Shown here: positions 1-11,608 of the stretch, in pieces
Position numbering within the stretch: the first letter of the stretch is position 1
Layout of the letters: every line of letters begins with the position of its first letter
Source of the DNA: Sporopachydermia quercuum
Taxonomy: Eukaryota
Assembly (NCBI GenBank): GCA_001599295.1
Contig: BCGN01000001.1
Coordinates: 496,001 to 560,000 of the forward strand
Length of the DNA stretch: 64,000 bases
Direction: 5' to 3'
Made by a program: the position numbers and the translations under genes
The notes under the pieces: model-generated
The model's database searches: none
Seen by the model: only the letters and a program-made list of their open reading frames with translations
What the model was told of the DNA's origin: nothing

Positions 1-658
1 TGACTTTTTTGCTTTGTTTGTGGCCTTCCTGAATTTTCTTTCTGTTCTCATCTACAGTTAAGTAGTCGCTTTCGCTGAATCCGTGGTTCAAATCGTATTC
101 ATGATTAGAAGCAAAATCAAACGGCGTACCAGCATTATTACATCCAATTATATCTAAACTTTTATCATGTCTTTCTACTAAGAAAACCCATCCATTTCCT
201 GGTAATGTATCTGCTTTGTAGAGAAAATAGTTTTGGAAGTTTTCTAAAGATTCAAATTTTTCCTCGACTTTTGATCTGAGGGTGTAAAAAAGATTTGATG
301 GACTACCACCTGAATTGGCAGGACACAGTGTATCAAAGAAAAAGTGGTTGTTGAAAGCTTGTGATGCGTAATTGAATACGTGAGCTTTTGAAGGATCTCT
401 GCTTGTNCTTTGTATAATATGCATTGGGGATCTTGTTTCATTATCAGTTTGGCTGGTTAAACCTGATAATTTAGTGGTTACCAGTATTTGGTAATCTTTC
501 CATGCAAGCTTGAATTGTTCTGGTGAGTACAATCCCGAAATACCTTCTTTGAGATACACTTCTTCATTCTTTAAAGTAGGTGGGAGATGAATAGATCTAG
601 CCANACCTAACGTCTGGCTCACCTTAGTTGGCTTAAGTGTTCGAGATAGAAGAGACAT
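1..658 (-). CDS. RSM26: Mitochondrial small-subunit ribosomal protein of Fe/Mn-SOD-like fold (Rsm26/mS42); 3' end runs off the window
   Basis: Not in the ORF track because it has no stop in the window. ATG at 658 reads MSLLSRTLKPTKVSQTLGXARSIHLPPTLKNEEVYLKEGISGLYSPEQFKLAWKDYQ...FNYASQAFNNHFFF...GNGWVFLVE, open to base 1. Resembles yeast Rsm26 (IHVVPKL...FKTVWFDYQ...NNHLF) and is divergent from AIM25 as in S. cerevisiae. Confidence 0.8.
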   Translation of the reverse strand, partial: MSLLSRTLKPTKVSQTLGXARSIHLPPTLKNEEVYLKEGISGLYSPEQFKLAWKDYQILVTTKLSGLTSQTDNETRSPMHIIQXTSRDPSKAHVFNYASQAFNNHFFFDTLCPANSGGSPSNLFYTLRSKVEEKFESLENFQNYFLYKADTLPGNGWVFLVERHDKSLDIIGCNNAGTPFDFASNHEYDLNHGFSESDYLTVDENRKKIQEGHKQSKKV

Positions 659-1300
659 GATGACAGCTCCAATCTTGTAATATTAATGACGCTTTGAAGT
701 ATAGTCCAAAGTCTCAAATCTGGCAGATTAGAGTCTCTGCTGATGTTTCAAAATGATAGTTGTTAACTTCTTTGGAAAGTGGGATATTCAGATCGCCCTA
801 ACCAGCTTTACTTTCTGTTTTTCTATCATATTTACCGTTCCTCACTCGATGTTGAAACTTGAACTTTTCACAATTACTTAGGGCTGAAATATTCACTAAT
901 GAGCGCAATACTGCGGGGTTTTCAGAACCTTTATCATGTCTCAACAAACTACATTTCACATGTAGTTTGTATTTGCATTATAGTACAGGTAACTGCATAT
1001 ACCCAGTCAACTTAATTATTAAATAAAGGCGATTGACAGATAAATGTGACAGATAAATGATGGCTTTTAGGTGACATATCGACACTTGTGGTTNCTGAAA
1101 AGGAGACAAATACTCTTGTCATGTGTACTTGTTTGGAGTATATTCCTTTGCTATACTTTCAAGTTTCACAAGCGAACCATTAGTCAGTAGCCTATTCATG
1201 AAAGGTTCATACGGACTAACACTAACTATCTATTGGTTGGTTCGCATATAAAGCATTCTGACTACATCAGTTTGAAATTAGCAAGAAGTTTACAACAGCT

Positions 1301-2365
1301 ATGATGAATATTGCCACGAAAGGGGTTGTTGGATCTAGACCTCTTCTTTCATCTTACAGTAGCCTGTTTTTTGGCAGGACTGCCTCCTTTGGTAGAAGTA
1401 TCAGAGACTGTTATACCAACGTCAATCGAAGATACTATTCGCCACTAACAGGTATACCCTATGATCGTTCTGATACGTATCGCAAACACAACCTAGCGAG
1501 AACAACTGTTTTTGACAAGGCCCGACATGCACGAAAAGCGCATGTGGAATATACTTATGGGTCTGGTGATGTGTTGACTCATAACAGTCTCATCACGCAC
1601 AGCGATCCTATTGCCAGTATACTGGCTCAGCCAACAATTGTGATAGAGAGACAACTGGAGATGATGAACGTAATTCTTGGTTTTGAGCAGGCTAACAGAT
1701 ACGTTATTATGGATGTTAGTGGTAGTATTATTGGTTACATGTATGAAGAGGATTTTGGTATAGCTAAGGTGATATTAAGACAACTTTATAGATTGCATAG
1801 ACCATTTAAAGTGAGAGTAACTGACGTGAATGACAACCACTTGCTAACAATTTCCCGGAGATTTTCACTTATTAACTCTCACATTAAATGTATGTTGCCT
1901 ATTCAATCATCAGATTATGCCACAAATGAATTAGTAGTTGGAGAGTCAGTTCAGTCATGGCATTTATGGAGACGGCGTTANAACTTGTTCAGATGTGAGG
2001 ATAATGAACCAAGAAACGAGGTGTTTGAGCAATTTGGTAAGATTGACGCTCCTTTTCTATCCTTCTCTTTCCCTGTTGAAAATAGAAATGGTGAGGTGTT
2101 AGCATCTGTTGATAGGAATTGGGTTGGTTTAGGGCGTGAGTTTTTCACTGATACTGGTGTGTATGTTATACGTATGGACCCACAACAGAGTTTTTTAGGA
2201 ATGGAAGAACAATATGATCTAGGACACGGATTTGCCAGTCAGAGAGATATGATGAACTACGATCAAAGGGCAGTTATGTTGGCAACCGCTGTGAGTGTTG
2301 ATTTCGACTACTTTTCCAGACATAGTGGACGCGGAGGATTCTTATCTTTCGGTGCTGACGAGTAG
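1301..2365 (+). CDS. AIM25: Mitochondrial phospholipid scramblase-family protein
   Basis: 354-aa ORF with presequence-like N-terminus and motifs IERQLEMMNVILGFEQANRY, RQLYRLHRPF, QRAVMLATAVSVDFDYFSRHS. Confidence 0.9.
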   Translation: MMNIATKGVVGSRPLLSSYSSLFFGRTASFGRSIRDCYTNVNRRYYSPLTGIPYDRSDTYRKHNLARTTVFDKARHARKAHVEYTYGSGDVLTHNSLITHSDPIASILAQPTIVIERQLEMMNVILGFEQANRYVIMDVSGSIIGYMYEEDFGIAKVILRQLYRLHRPFKVRVTDVNDNHLLTISRRFSLINSHIKCMLPIQSSDYATNELVVGESVQSWHLWRRRXNLFRCEDNEPRNEVFEQFGKIDAPFLSFSFPVENRNGEVLASVDRNWVGLGREFFTDTGVYVIRMDPQQSFLGMEEQYDLGHGFASQRDMMNYDQRAVMLATAVSVDFDYFSRHSGRGGFLSFGADE

Positions 2366-2574
2366 GCTTCGAACAACAATATTAATTTTGGTTAAGATCA
2401 GCTTGCATAATGCGGCATAGTATAAATTTTCATGACATAGTGACGAGAGAAAGAATTGACTGTTTCAATCCTATATGGATTATTTACTTCAAGTTAATCT
2501 TCATGGATGTTCTCACATGATTGTTTTAATGGTGAGTATCTAATTTAGCTCATCTTCTGATCCAAATAAACTCC

Positions 2575-3934
2575 TCATTTATTCTGTGCACTTTCGAGCA
2601 ATACTTTCTGTGATTCATAGTTATTTTTAACTACAAGTCTTCTTTTCTCTTCAATCTTCTCATAAAATGGTTTGGTCCATCCCTCATACGTATATACTGC
2701 CCTCTATTTCTTCATATCTCTTTCCATAGACTTCTCCTGGTGCTGTTCATAGAAATAATTGATCGTTCGATCTTGTGGTCTAGAGTCACCCCCATCTGGA
2801 GTTTTACCAAGAAAATAATTAACACCTTTGTAGTATTTCTTCATGGCATTGTGTAAAGCTGGTGGGATCGCTAACTCTTTTTTGGTTGAATTAGCGTATT
2901 TCAAACCTATGGGACTTGCTGGAGGGAACAACGATCGATTTCCATGGGTCATGAGGTTCAGTGGTCCAACATCATCTGGGTCTATTGTTAACTCTTTGTT
3001 TGTGGTTTTCTGTGAATAAATCAACGGGAGCATTGTACTGGCAGGTTGATCGTAAAATCCATAATCTTTTGAGCCTAAATATGCAGGTACAGTAAAAAGN
3101 TCTGGTAGTTGTGAGACATTATTCCTCGTTTGAAGTTTACTTCCAGTTTGCGGCAATCGTTGCAGTAAATATATAGTCAGTGACTCCAGCTCGTTATTCA
3201 GATTGTCATTCTTTTTTATGATGTTATTGAATATATGAAGACAACTGTTTTGATCGTCGTTATCTATATCGAATTGGTCTTCTGAGTCGCTTGCTTCTTC
3301 TGATGCCTCTGATGAGTATTTTCTAGATTCCATTACTCTGACGAATTTTTTCTTCTGTTGATAATTCTACTGACAACGGCTTTGGAATAATTGTGAGAGC
3401 TAGCCAAAGCTATACAAGTGACCATAGATTCTTTCTATTGCTTTCACATGCATAACAATGTGTGAGAAGAGCGCCTAGATTGGCTCTCAAATACCTTATG
3501 AATATCTTCTCTTCATATGATACCGAAGTTCTATATTTCGTTTTCATTGAGAAGTATAGTATATCATTGATAAGTTAAAGGACACTTAGTCTCCTTCTTC
3601 TTTTCAGTATGGTACATTTTGAATATGCTACAAGGTATAGGAATAGAGCTTTCATTTTAGCTCTAGATTCTATTACCCTGTTTTCTGTAAGCTATACTCT
3701 CGTTTCTTGAATATTCTCGTTCGAATAATCCAACATTGCATGATTGAATAGTTTAAAAACTTCTTCAACCCTTCCTATCCCTATTCCTGGTGAAAATGCT
3801 GCCCTGAAATAGATCTGAAACGGTTTCAGTAGCTCTGATAGCTTTTCGTTAAAACTTCTTTGAGAAGTACTTTTGTTGCGATGGTTATTTTTCTCTTCGC
3901 CCTGTTTATTGGTTGGTATTGTATTCTTGCTCAT
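2575..3934 (-). pseudogene. Disrupted CID-domain, CHERP/SCAF6-like splicing factor
   Basis: The frame from ATG 3934 continues through TAG 3692-3694, TAA 3575-3577 and TAG 3410-3412 (ENIQETRV*LTEN...RRLSVL*LINDILYF...WSLV*LW), matching a CID domain. A +1 shift near the T6 run at 3346-3351 joins ORF 2704-3333 (FYDQPASTMLPLI). After TAG 2704-2706 it reads RAVYTYEGWTKPFYEKIE to TGA 2575-2577. Confidence 0.75.
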
Positions 3935-4710
3935 TTTGACTTCCTTGGTTTTCTGCTAGGTGTTTATTATGCTATTTTGTTGATGTGTCATAGGTGATAA
4001 TAGTAGCTTCTGCGATACTGAAGTATTGTCCATCAATTGAAACAGGATAGATAGATTTCGAATATTAATATGTGAGAGGGTTTTATTTCTAATAAAACCA
4101 AGTATCTGGACACCTTCTTAGCTAGTTTAACTAACTTCTGTTGGCTGACCTAGGTTTGAATCTCTGGGTCTTCAATTCGTGTATTCAGCACGGTTGATCT
4201 TCCTGTCAAACCGGTATGGATATCAATCAGTCGTACATGTCGTCAATTTCTGTTGATACAAATATATCTATGTTATTATCATAGGAGACAGTATTATTGT
4301 TGTTCTTGATTGCCGCTTGACAGTGATCAGTATTAGAATATGCTCTTAGTTTCTAGTTAATCAGTGGCTCAATGTTTTAAAAATGGGTTTCGCGTCTCCC
4401 ACTAAGGCGACCAAAGGAGGGAAATTGAAAGATACTAAAATACAAAGCATATGCAAATAAATCAGCACTAACACCCATAATTCTAATTTATAGAGAGGCA
4501 ATGAACAGCCACTTAGTTGTCCAAAGAGCTAGGCATTCTAATGTATCAATAAACATCGATTAGAATATCATACTAGATTACCATCATGTAATATAGGTGG
4601 TGCTATTTGTCCTCTTATACTTGATTTGAGAACTATCGATTTGCTTGTCCTTAGTCAATTCTGAGACTTCTCCAGTTTTAATCCATCTCGATTGATTAGA
4701 ATAGGTAATC

Positions 4711-5792
4711 ATGTCAAGCGGTGGATGGAACACAATCGAATCAGACTCCGTAAGTATCTCATGTAACAGGTAGTGTATTATCCAGCATTTCCAGTTAGCG
4801 GTAAAACAGTCAGGACCGAAATTAAAACTCACATCAAGGTTGCTTATTCTAATAATATACAGGGTGTCTTTACTGAATTAATTGAATCACTAGGAGTCAA
4901 AGGTCTACAGTTTGAAGAATTACTGAGCATTGACTATGATAGTCTCAAATCAATTGGGTCAGAAATATATGGACTGGTTTTACTATTCAAATATGGAGAT
5001 TATGCCTATAGTGCACATGGTGATCTAAGTAGGATTTCTGACGACGAACAAAGGGACAAAGGTATATTCTTTGCCAAACAGAAAATACAGAACGCATGTG
5101 CAACACAAGCAGTACTCAATATTCTCATGAATATCGACACAGATACGAAAGAGGACATACAATACGGCGAAACGGAAGTCCACAAAAACAACAAAGGTGA
5201 TATTCAAATAGGAGAAAGTCTCAAGGAATTCAAATCGTTTGTTGGATTATTTGATTCTGATATGAAAGGCGAAGTTATCTCCAATTCCGATCTCATTCGT
5301 AACACTCATAATTCATTTTCAAATCCAACAGCATTTGTAGATGAAAGTGTCACCAAACCTAGATCAAGTGATGACGATGGATTATATCATTTTATTGCAT
5401 ATACAAAGTCTCCCAGTGAAAATGCGGTAATAGAGTTAGATGGACTACTCGATGCTCCTATTAGACATAGTTCCTTTGATTCATATGATGATTATTTGAA
5501 AATATTATCCAAAGTTATTCAAGATAGAATTGCGATGTTCCCTTTAGGTGAGATCAGATTCAATGTAATGGCATTGATCAAAGACAAGAGGGTAGTTTAC
5601 GCTCTAGAAAACAACCACATAGCACTAGAGATTGAATTAGAGAAACGAGAGAAGTGGAAACGCGAGAATGAGTTAAGAAGATTTGACTACTTCGAATTAA
5701 TTTATAAATTGATTAAAGCTTACAGTGGTCAAAAATCCGACGAAGAATGGAATGATTGTTTGAATAAAGCAAAGGAAAAGACGAGACGATAG
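4711..5792 (+). CDS. UCH37: Ubiquitin C-terminal hydrolase, UCH37/UCH-L5 type; exons 4711-4749 and 4863-5792
   Basis: Intron 4750-4862 (GTAAGT...TTCTAAT...CAG) restores MSSGGWNTIESDS|GVFTELI. Catalytic motifs QNACATQA, YHFIAY and ELDGL are present, plus the UCH37-type C-terminal tail EKREKWKRENELRRFDY. Confidence 0.88.
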
Positions 5793-7084
5793 ACATGCAA
5801 AAGTCAAGATTCGATAAGAAATAAATGGAAAAAAAAAACAGAGTAGATGAAGAAAGCGTCGCCCCTCATTGCCATAGATACAACCTCAGCGATGATAAAT
5901 AAACTAGACAAAGTAATGTCAATACTGTTTATACTGGCAAGAACTGATTTGAACCGCTGTCGTAGAAGACTTTTAGCTATATCAAAATACTTTGACACCA
6001 CGTTTCATTTGGTCAAAAGTAAGCATACCAAATGATTTAACAATCAGATTCAAAAGCCATGTCTTCAACATGTTACCTACCCGAAGTCTTTAGCGTATCA
6101 GTACGAGTTACATTGCAGCAGATCGTTCGAGCTACCTACATAAAGAGTTCTTCAAGAGCAAAGGGCTCATCAACAAAAACATCCACATCATATCAACTAG
6201 ATCCAAATAATTAGTTGCAGATAACTAAATTCCAAAACACCAGATTCTAAGTAAAACTCCAAGGGAATAAAATACTATTCAACCCAACATTGCGTGAGTT
6301 GTATATCATCGGATAATTTAAATGAATTTTCAGTATAGAACCATTCATGCTGAAGTAGAATGTAAACTAGAAATTTCCTATAGCCGGGCAAGTTCCTGTC
6401 CACGCAGGGTTAGTTTTAGTTTATACAGAAAGGAACGAAATACTTCTGTCAGGCCGATCCAGCCAAAACATATCAGTTCACTGTGTTTCTGTAAATTTTG
6501 CTACAATTGATATAAAAAATTCGCCTGTTCTTCCTCATTATTTTAAAGATACTATAATCTCATACACTCATCACGCTTTACTATTAAGGCAAAATGATAC
6601 ATAAAACACACAGTCAATGAACTGCTTGAATCCAAGTGGTACATACTCCTTCCAATAATATATTCAAAATTCAAAAATTAAATCTTATGCAAATACTTCC
6701 AAATATCGTCACAATTCATCTATACAACTAAAGATATGTATCTAGCTTTTCACCTTCGTTATTGTTAATAATAGAAAGAAATAACTAACAGTAAAAGCAC
6801 AGCACCTCTATTCATTACAACCTATAATCCTTATCACTACGTCATTTGCCCCTGATAAGACATGGGGAGATGATGAAACCCAATTACTATAAAGAGAACG
6901 CCTCTTACTTTATTTTACTTACTCTACTATTATCTTTCTAATCGGATGTTAATTAATTAGTTTATATTCAAAAAGATTAAACAAGATAGTATATAATTTA
7001 CTTGCAATTGAGTTCAGAGATATCAAATTGTTTAACAAAGTCACTAGACATTTATCATTGGAACATCTAATAGCGAAGATAAAG

Positions 7085-7657
7085 ATGTCAGNCAAAAAAT
7101 CATTTATTGTACGTGTGTGAATTGATGAGAAAGGTGAGAGATGGAAAGAGATTAAAAAAGAGGGTAGCCAGTTGCTATATTTATTTACTATGAAGTGCGA
7201 TAATGTGCTTTGAAGAATGGGAGAACTAATATTTCGATTCAAAGGTAACCTTGAAAGATTCTGTTTCTGACGAGTCATTGTCACAGTAAGTATTCACACA
7301 GTTAATAGACGAGGAATTGATAGGCAAATTAACAAGGACAGCACAGATTTCAGTTGATATACTAACTACTTGAACGACAGATTCAAGAATGAGCTCAAGT
7401 CACAAGGAGGTGAAATAATTCACGAATACAACCTCATTAAAGGATTCGCGTAAGTGCTTGGTTGGTTATTTATCGCTGACTAAAGAAAACGAGTGAAAGG
7501 AACCATCGAGATAATAATGAAGTGCTTCATTCAACTAACCTTTAAAATTGTATTTCATTTCATTAGTATCAAATTACCTGAGGTCACTGCGAATGCTATC
7601 AGAAACCATCCAGATGTAGCCACTATCGAAGCTGATCAAGAAGTTCGAATCAATTAG
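7085..7657 (+). CDS. PBI2: Peptidase inhibitor I9 / proteinase B inhibitor, 74 aa; exons 7085-7108, 7245-7285, 7381-7449, 7567-7657
   Basis: Three introns: 7109-7244 (GTACGT..ACTAAT..AAG), 7286-7380 (GTAAGT..TACTAAC..CAG), 7450-7566 (GTAAGT..ACTAAC..TAG). Splicing gives MSXKKSFIVTLKDSVSDESLSQFKNELKSQGGEIIHEYNLIKGFAIKLPEVTANAIRNHPDVATIEADQEVRIN, matching Pbi2 (NFIVTLK...GGSIVHEFDIIKGY...VEEDKEVHTN). Confidence 0.88.
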
Positions 7658-7853
7658 GGCAGTACCGCGAACATGGATGAAGCTCTGTATAGTCAAGTCA
7701 TTGATCATGGCCAGAAAAGGAAAGCGCATTAAGAACGAGGAAATTATTTTTGAATGAAACAGCACTACATAAAATGTGATGTTACCGTTTATAGATAGGT
7801 GTAGCTATTAACATAATATATACTCCATCTGATTCTTGAACTCAGGCATTTAT

Positions 7854-10409
7854 TTACAACAGTCCCATAGGAAATTTGGCAAAATCAAACTGCTCATTTT
7901 CTGTCTTTCCGCTGACAACATAGCTTAGTCGTACTCTTAACTTGACATTCGCTCCTTCAGGACCTGTGATCTTCATACCTTGAGTAATTGTAACATTATC
8001 TTTACTTAGAGATGAACTAGAGATGGGATACAGTAAAAGCTTTTGAGTTTTTGGAACAGCCACTTGGATATTGATATTAGAGATAGGTGTTGATGTCAAT
8101 GAGGATACATTAATCGTAATTTGAACAGATCCAGGTGTAGTCTTGGCACGTGGGGTAAAAGATAGAGTGAAATAATTATTTTTGTATGCTTGAAATGACT
8201 TTTCATTTGTAGCGACAACAGGATTCTTCTCTTGGGATGTCAATGCAACTGAGCCAGTTCCATTTACAGATCCAAATAATCCCAATATATCAGAGTTTGA
8301 TGATGGTACACCAGAGACACTAGTTACATTGGAAACTTGTTTCTGAGATACGCTTGTTGATCCCAANAAATCTGATAANAAATCAATGGAATTACCCGCA
8401 GGTTGTTCAGACGTAGAGTTATTAGATTGGGTATCATTTCCCCCAACTAGATCCAACAATAATTGCTCTGAAGCTTTTGGCGCCTTCTTGCTTTCAATTG
8501 TAGATGCTTTGGAATTAGCATTAGTAGTTGCATTTGTATTGGTAGGTCCTGAAGACTCATAAATTTTGTTATGAGTATTAGAAGCAAGGTTCGCTCTGGG
8601 AGGTGCAGGCATCTTTTCCAATATACCTCTTTTAAGCTGTATGGGTTGAGAAAACAATACTGAGTACTCTCCGGAACGCTGTTGAATATCGACATTAATA
8701 TCTTTAGATTTGGCTGATATCAATCTGCGTATGCTTTCCAGCTCTTTTGGATCTTGAATAATAATGGATAACTTGATCAATGAATTCAAGCAATACATTA
8801 CAACATTATCACTAGCATACTGGTTTAGCATTAATGTCTCAAGTAATTGAACTGTATCATGTTCAGTAACTGTATACTCTTTTTCGTCTTCATCTTTAAA
8901 TATATTACCATTGTTATTCAAAAGTAAATCAGAATATTCTCCAATACTCCAAATTGAAACCAATGTCAATGACTCTTGAGAAACATCTTTCTGAATAGCG
9001 GCATATAACTTCTGGACAACATATTGTTTCATGCTGCTGTCCTTTGTTTTCATCAAAAGTCGTAGGAAGTCAGAAACAACATCATCATTAACAAAGCTAC
9101 CAGCGAGTTTCAAAACTCGAAGCAATGTGTCAAAATGCCATCTCAAGTTAGGAGCAAATTTTTCTGCAGCAATAGCAATCTGAGTAGTAATAAATGGTTT
9201 GAACTCCGAATCAGCTCTTTCTAAAAAGTTCAATAGTTCTCGTGTCAATACCCTAATATTCTGATCATTGATGATTGCAAACGATAGTTCTAACGCTCTT
9301 CTTCTGATACTTATATCTGAATCGTCTAAACAACCAATAATTGTGTTTCTATGTCTTTGAACAGCTAAAGGTTCGAACTCAACAACAGACAAAAGAGAAT
9401 TCAGGGCTACATATCGTGTATTATTGTCCTTATTAGATAAGAATTTTCCTAAAATATTGATACCTAGAACCTTTAAACCAGAATCAGAAGTCTTGATACC
9501 AAATATAGTTCTAACTGTTTCATATAAGACAGCGTTTCCAACATTTTTAGATGAATCAGTATTGGAAGCGATTTGAGCCAACAAATCACTAAGATTATCA
9601 ATTCCTTCAATTTCATTCACTTCATTAAGCGACAAATTCTCTAGCAATAATCTCATTGTCTGTAAAAGTTGTACTTGTAAGAATGGATCAGTGATACCCA
9701 CCACGTCATGCTCGGGAGAGTAGCCAGAAGAAGTAAGAGCTTTCAAATGTTTGACAAAAACCGGGAAAAATTCAATGAAATCTTGAACTTGAGCAGGATC
9801 TACAGTACATATTTCACTAATGAGATATAAAGCACAAAGTAAAACACCATGGTTCCTTTCTTGTAACAAAAGCTTAGCCTTATCAGTAAAAATTTCAACT
9901 AAATCAGGAACTTTGGCAACAATTTTCATTGCACAGACTGCAGCCTTCTTTTTTAAATAAGGATTTGGACTAGATATTAATTTCTCAACATCAGTATAAA
10001 GGTCTGTAGCTAACTCTGGAGATGCGATATTTCCAAGCGTGCATAGAGCCAAACCTGCAACATACTGATTGGAGCTGTTCAAATCATTGTTCAGTGAATT
10101 GGTCAATAATGTCAATACTTCTTGATTTTCATCAAGTAATAACATAGTTCCAAGATAACCAAGTCTCTTGTCAATGAAATTTGGTGATGGAAGCAATTTC
10201 AAGCATTCTACTTGACCAAAATGTGTTCTTTCCCCTAGGGTAAAGAGGTACAGAAGTTTAGCGATATTTTCTCTTCTAATACCAGCATCACTATAATCTT
10301 CACGGAACGAGGTTCTAATAGCTGCCGATTCCCTCTGAATGATAGACCTTTCTTGCGCTATTGTCTTGGCGCTTCTAACGCTTTTGATGAAAGATTTAAG
10401 AGATGTCAT
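7854..10409 (-). CDS. APL4: AP-1 adaptor complex gamma subunit
   Basis: 851 aa. N-terminus SLKSFIKSVRSAKTIAQER, motifs GERTHFGQVECLKL and DPFLQVQLL, and a C-terminal gamma-ear domain (QVAVPKTQKL). Confidence 0.95.
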   Translation of the reverse strand: MTSLKSFIKSVRSAKTIAQERSIIQRESAAIRTSFREDYSDAGIRRENIAKLLYLFTLGERTHFGQVECLKLLPSPNFIDKRLGYLGTMLLLDENQEVLTLLTNSLNNDLNSSNQYVAGLALCTLGNIASPELATDLYTDVEKLISSPNPYLKKKAAVCAMKIVAKVPDLVEIFTDKAKLLLQERNHGVLLCALYLISEICTVDPAQVQDFIEFFPVFVKHLKALTSSGYSPEHDVVGITDPFLQVQLLQTMRLLLENLSLNEVNEIEGIDNLSDLLAQIASNTDSSKNVGNAVLYETVRTIFGIKTSDSGLKVLGINILGKFLSNKDNNTRYVALNSLLSVVEFEPLAVQRHRNTIIGCLDDSDISIRRRALELSFAIINDQNIRVLTRELLNFLERADSEFKPFITTQIAIAAEKFAPNLRWHFDTLLRVLKLAGSFVNDDVVSDFLRLLMKTKDSSMKQYVVQKLYAAIQKDVSQESLTLVSIWSIGEYSDLLLNNNGNIFKDEDEKEYTVTEHDTVQLLETLMLNQYASDNVVMYCLNSLIKLSIIIQDPKELESIRRLISAKSKDINVDIQQRSGEYSVLFSQPIQLKRGILEKMPAPPRANLASNTHNKIYESSGPTNTNATTNANSKASTIESKKAPKASEQLLLDLVGGNDTQSNNSTSEQPAGNSIDXLSDXLGSTSVSQKQVSNVTSVSGVPSSNSDILGLFGSVNGTGSVALTSQEKNPVVATNEKSFQAYKNNYFTLSFTPRAKTTPGSVQITINVSSLTSTPISNINIQVAVPKTQKLLLYPISSSSLSKDNVTITQGMKITGPEGANVKLRVRLSYVVSGKTENEQFDFAKFPMGLL

Positions 10410-11025
10410 GTCGTCGATCTCCCTTCCTTTTTCTCCGACCTCTCAATCCGATCTCACCTTTGGTGTGTATTGGTGTCAAGTTTGATAACTTGTCAGCTTT
10501 AATATCAGCTTTAATGTCAAGTAAAAGAAAAAAAACACGAATGGAATCAACAACTAAAAAGAAAGAGCTATGGTTTCGTGTCTTTGTTGTCCGCTATTAT
10601 TATTTTTTGTCAAGATTGGAGATGAATACAGTTGCTTATCCCGTATCATATTGCAATTCAAAGTTGTATACACGAAATAGAAACACCCAACCCCAATTGT
10701 TACGTGAGTGAAACACCAAAACTGTCCCAAATGAGATACTGTAATAATGAAAATATATGTTCTGTTCACTTGCAAGAGATCTCAGGGAGGGGGACATAAG
10801 ACTGGATTGAAAATAGTAGCTTCTAAAGATGAGGTAGAGAGAGACGTAAAGTCAGCAAGAGGAAGAGAAGTAGGTTAAGCTATGAGAATGGATAGACACT
10901 TTTAAGGAATCGATNCTTTTGCTCATACTATTCGTATTCCTTTTCTAGGCGCTAAAACAATTTTATTTGAATGTGCTTGAAATCATGGTTTTAGTTTTAA
11001 TAACATAGTCAATTAATCTATAAGT

Positions 11026-11522
11026 CTACACACCAGTGCTACCAAATCCACCGGCCCCTCTATCAGTAGTCGTAAGTTCAGCCTCAGAGATAGATTCTAC
11101 GTCAGCGAGAACAATCTTTTCTAAAACCAATTGGGCAATTCTATCACCTTTCTTGACTATTAATAAGTTAGTATTTGCCGAATTCAACTTACCGTGGAGC
11201 ATTTATTAAACTCCATTAACATACTTTCAAAATCCTTTTCCGAATGGTTAAACAAAACAACCTTCACTTCTCCTCTATAATCAGCATCGATAACACCAGC
11301 ACCAGTGGAAATACCATGTTTGACAGCCAAACCTGATCGGGGGGCCACTCTTCCATAAGTACCAGGTGGAACAATAATTGAGATATCAGTAGATACTAGT
11401 CCTTGCCCTTTTCCTGGAATGAGACTATCTTCCGAAGAGTATAAATCGTACCCTGCCGATAATACGGAACCCCGAGTGGGAAGAGTTGCTTTTGGTGATC
11501 TTAGAAACACTTTGAGGGACAT
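11026..11522 (-). CDS. DUT1: dUTP pyrophosphatase, 142 aa; exons 11522-11225 and 11156-11026
   Basis: Motifs [14 protein letters not shown] and [10 protein letters not shown]. Intron 11157-11224 (GTATGT...TACTAAC...TAG) restores [13 protein letters not shown]...[11 protein letters not shown]. Confidence 0.95.
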
Positions 11523-11608
11523 TTTGAATGTTGTTTGATTTCTGAAAATGATTATAAGACCGGATCTATAAACGCACTAGTTTTCTGGTTATTTAACATT
11601 TCTGCCAT

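Noticed and set aside
2575..3934. Genome-wide stop-codon reassignment as the explanation for the in-frame stops
   Set aside because: TAA, TAG and TGA all terminate conserved genes in this window, and no other conserved gene has internal stops.
4115..4175. GGTTTGAATC T-loop-like motif
   Set aside because: Cannot be folded into a cloverleaf.
5793..6510. Short ORFs downstream of UCH37 and possible read-through of its TAG
   Set aside because: UCH37 already ends where the family normally ends, and the short ORFs have no recognisable motifs.
6738..6791. Intron-like GTATCT...ACTAACAG upstream of the PBI2-like gene
   Set aside because: Weak donor, no branch-to-AG spacing, and it lies upstream of the likely TATA near 6888.
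11157..11192. Second GTAAGT donor inside the DUT1 intron
   Set aside because: Would give a 36-nt intron and a frameshift.
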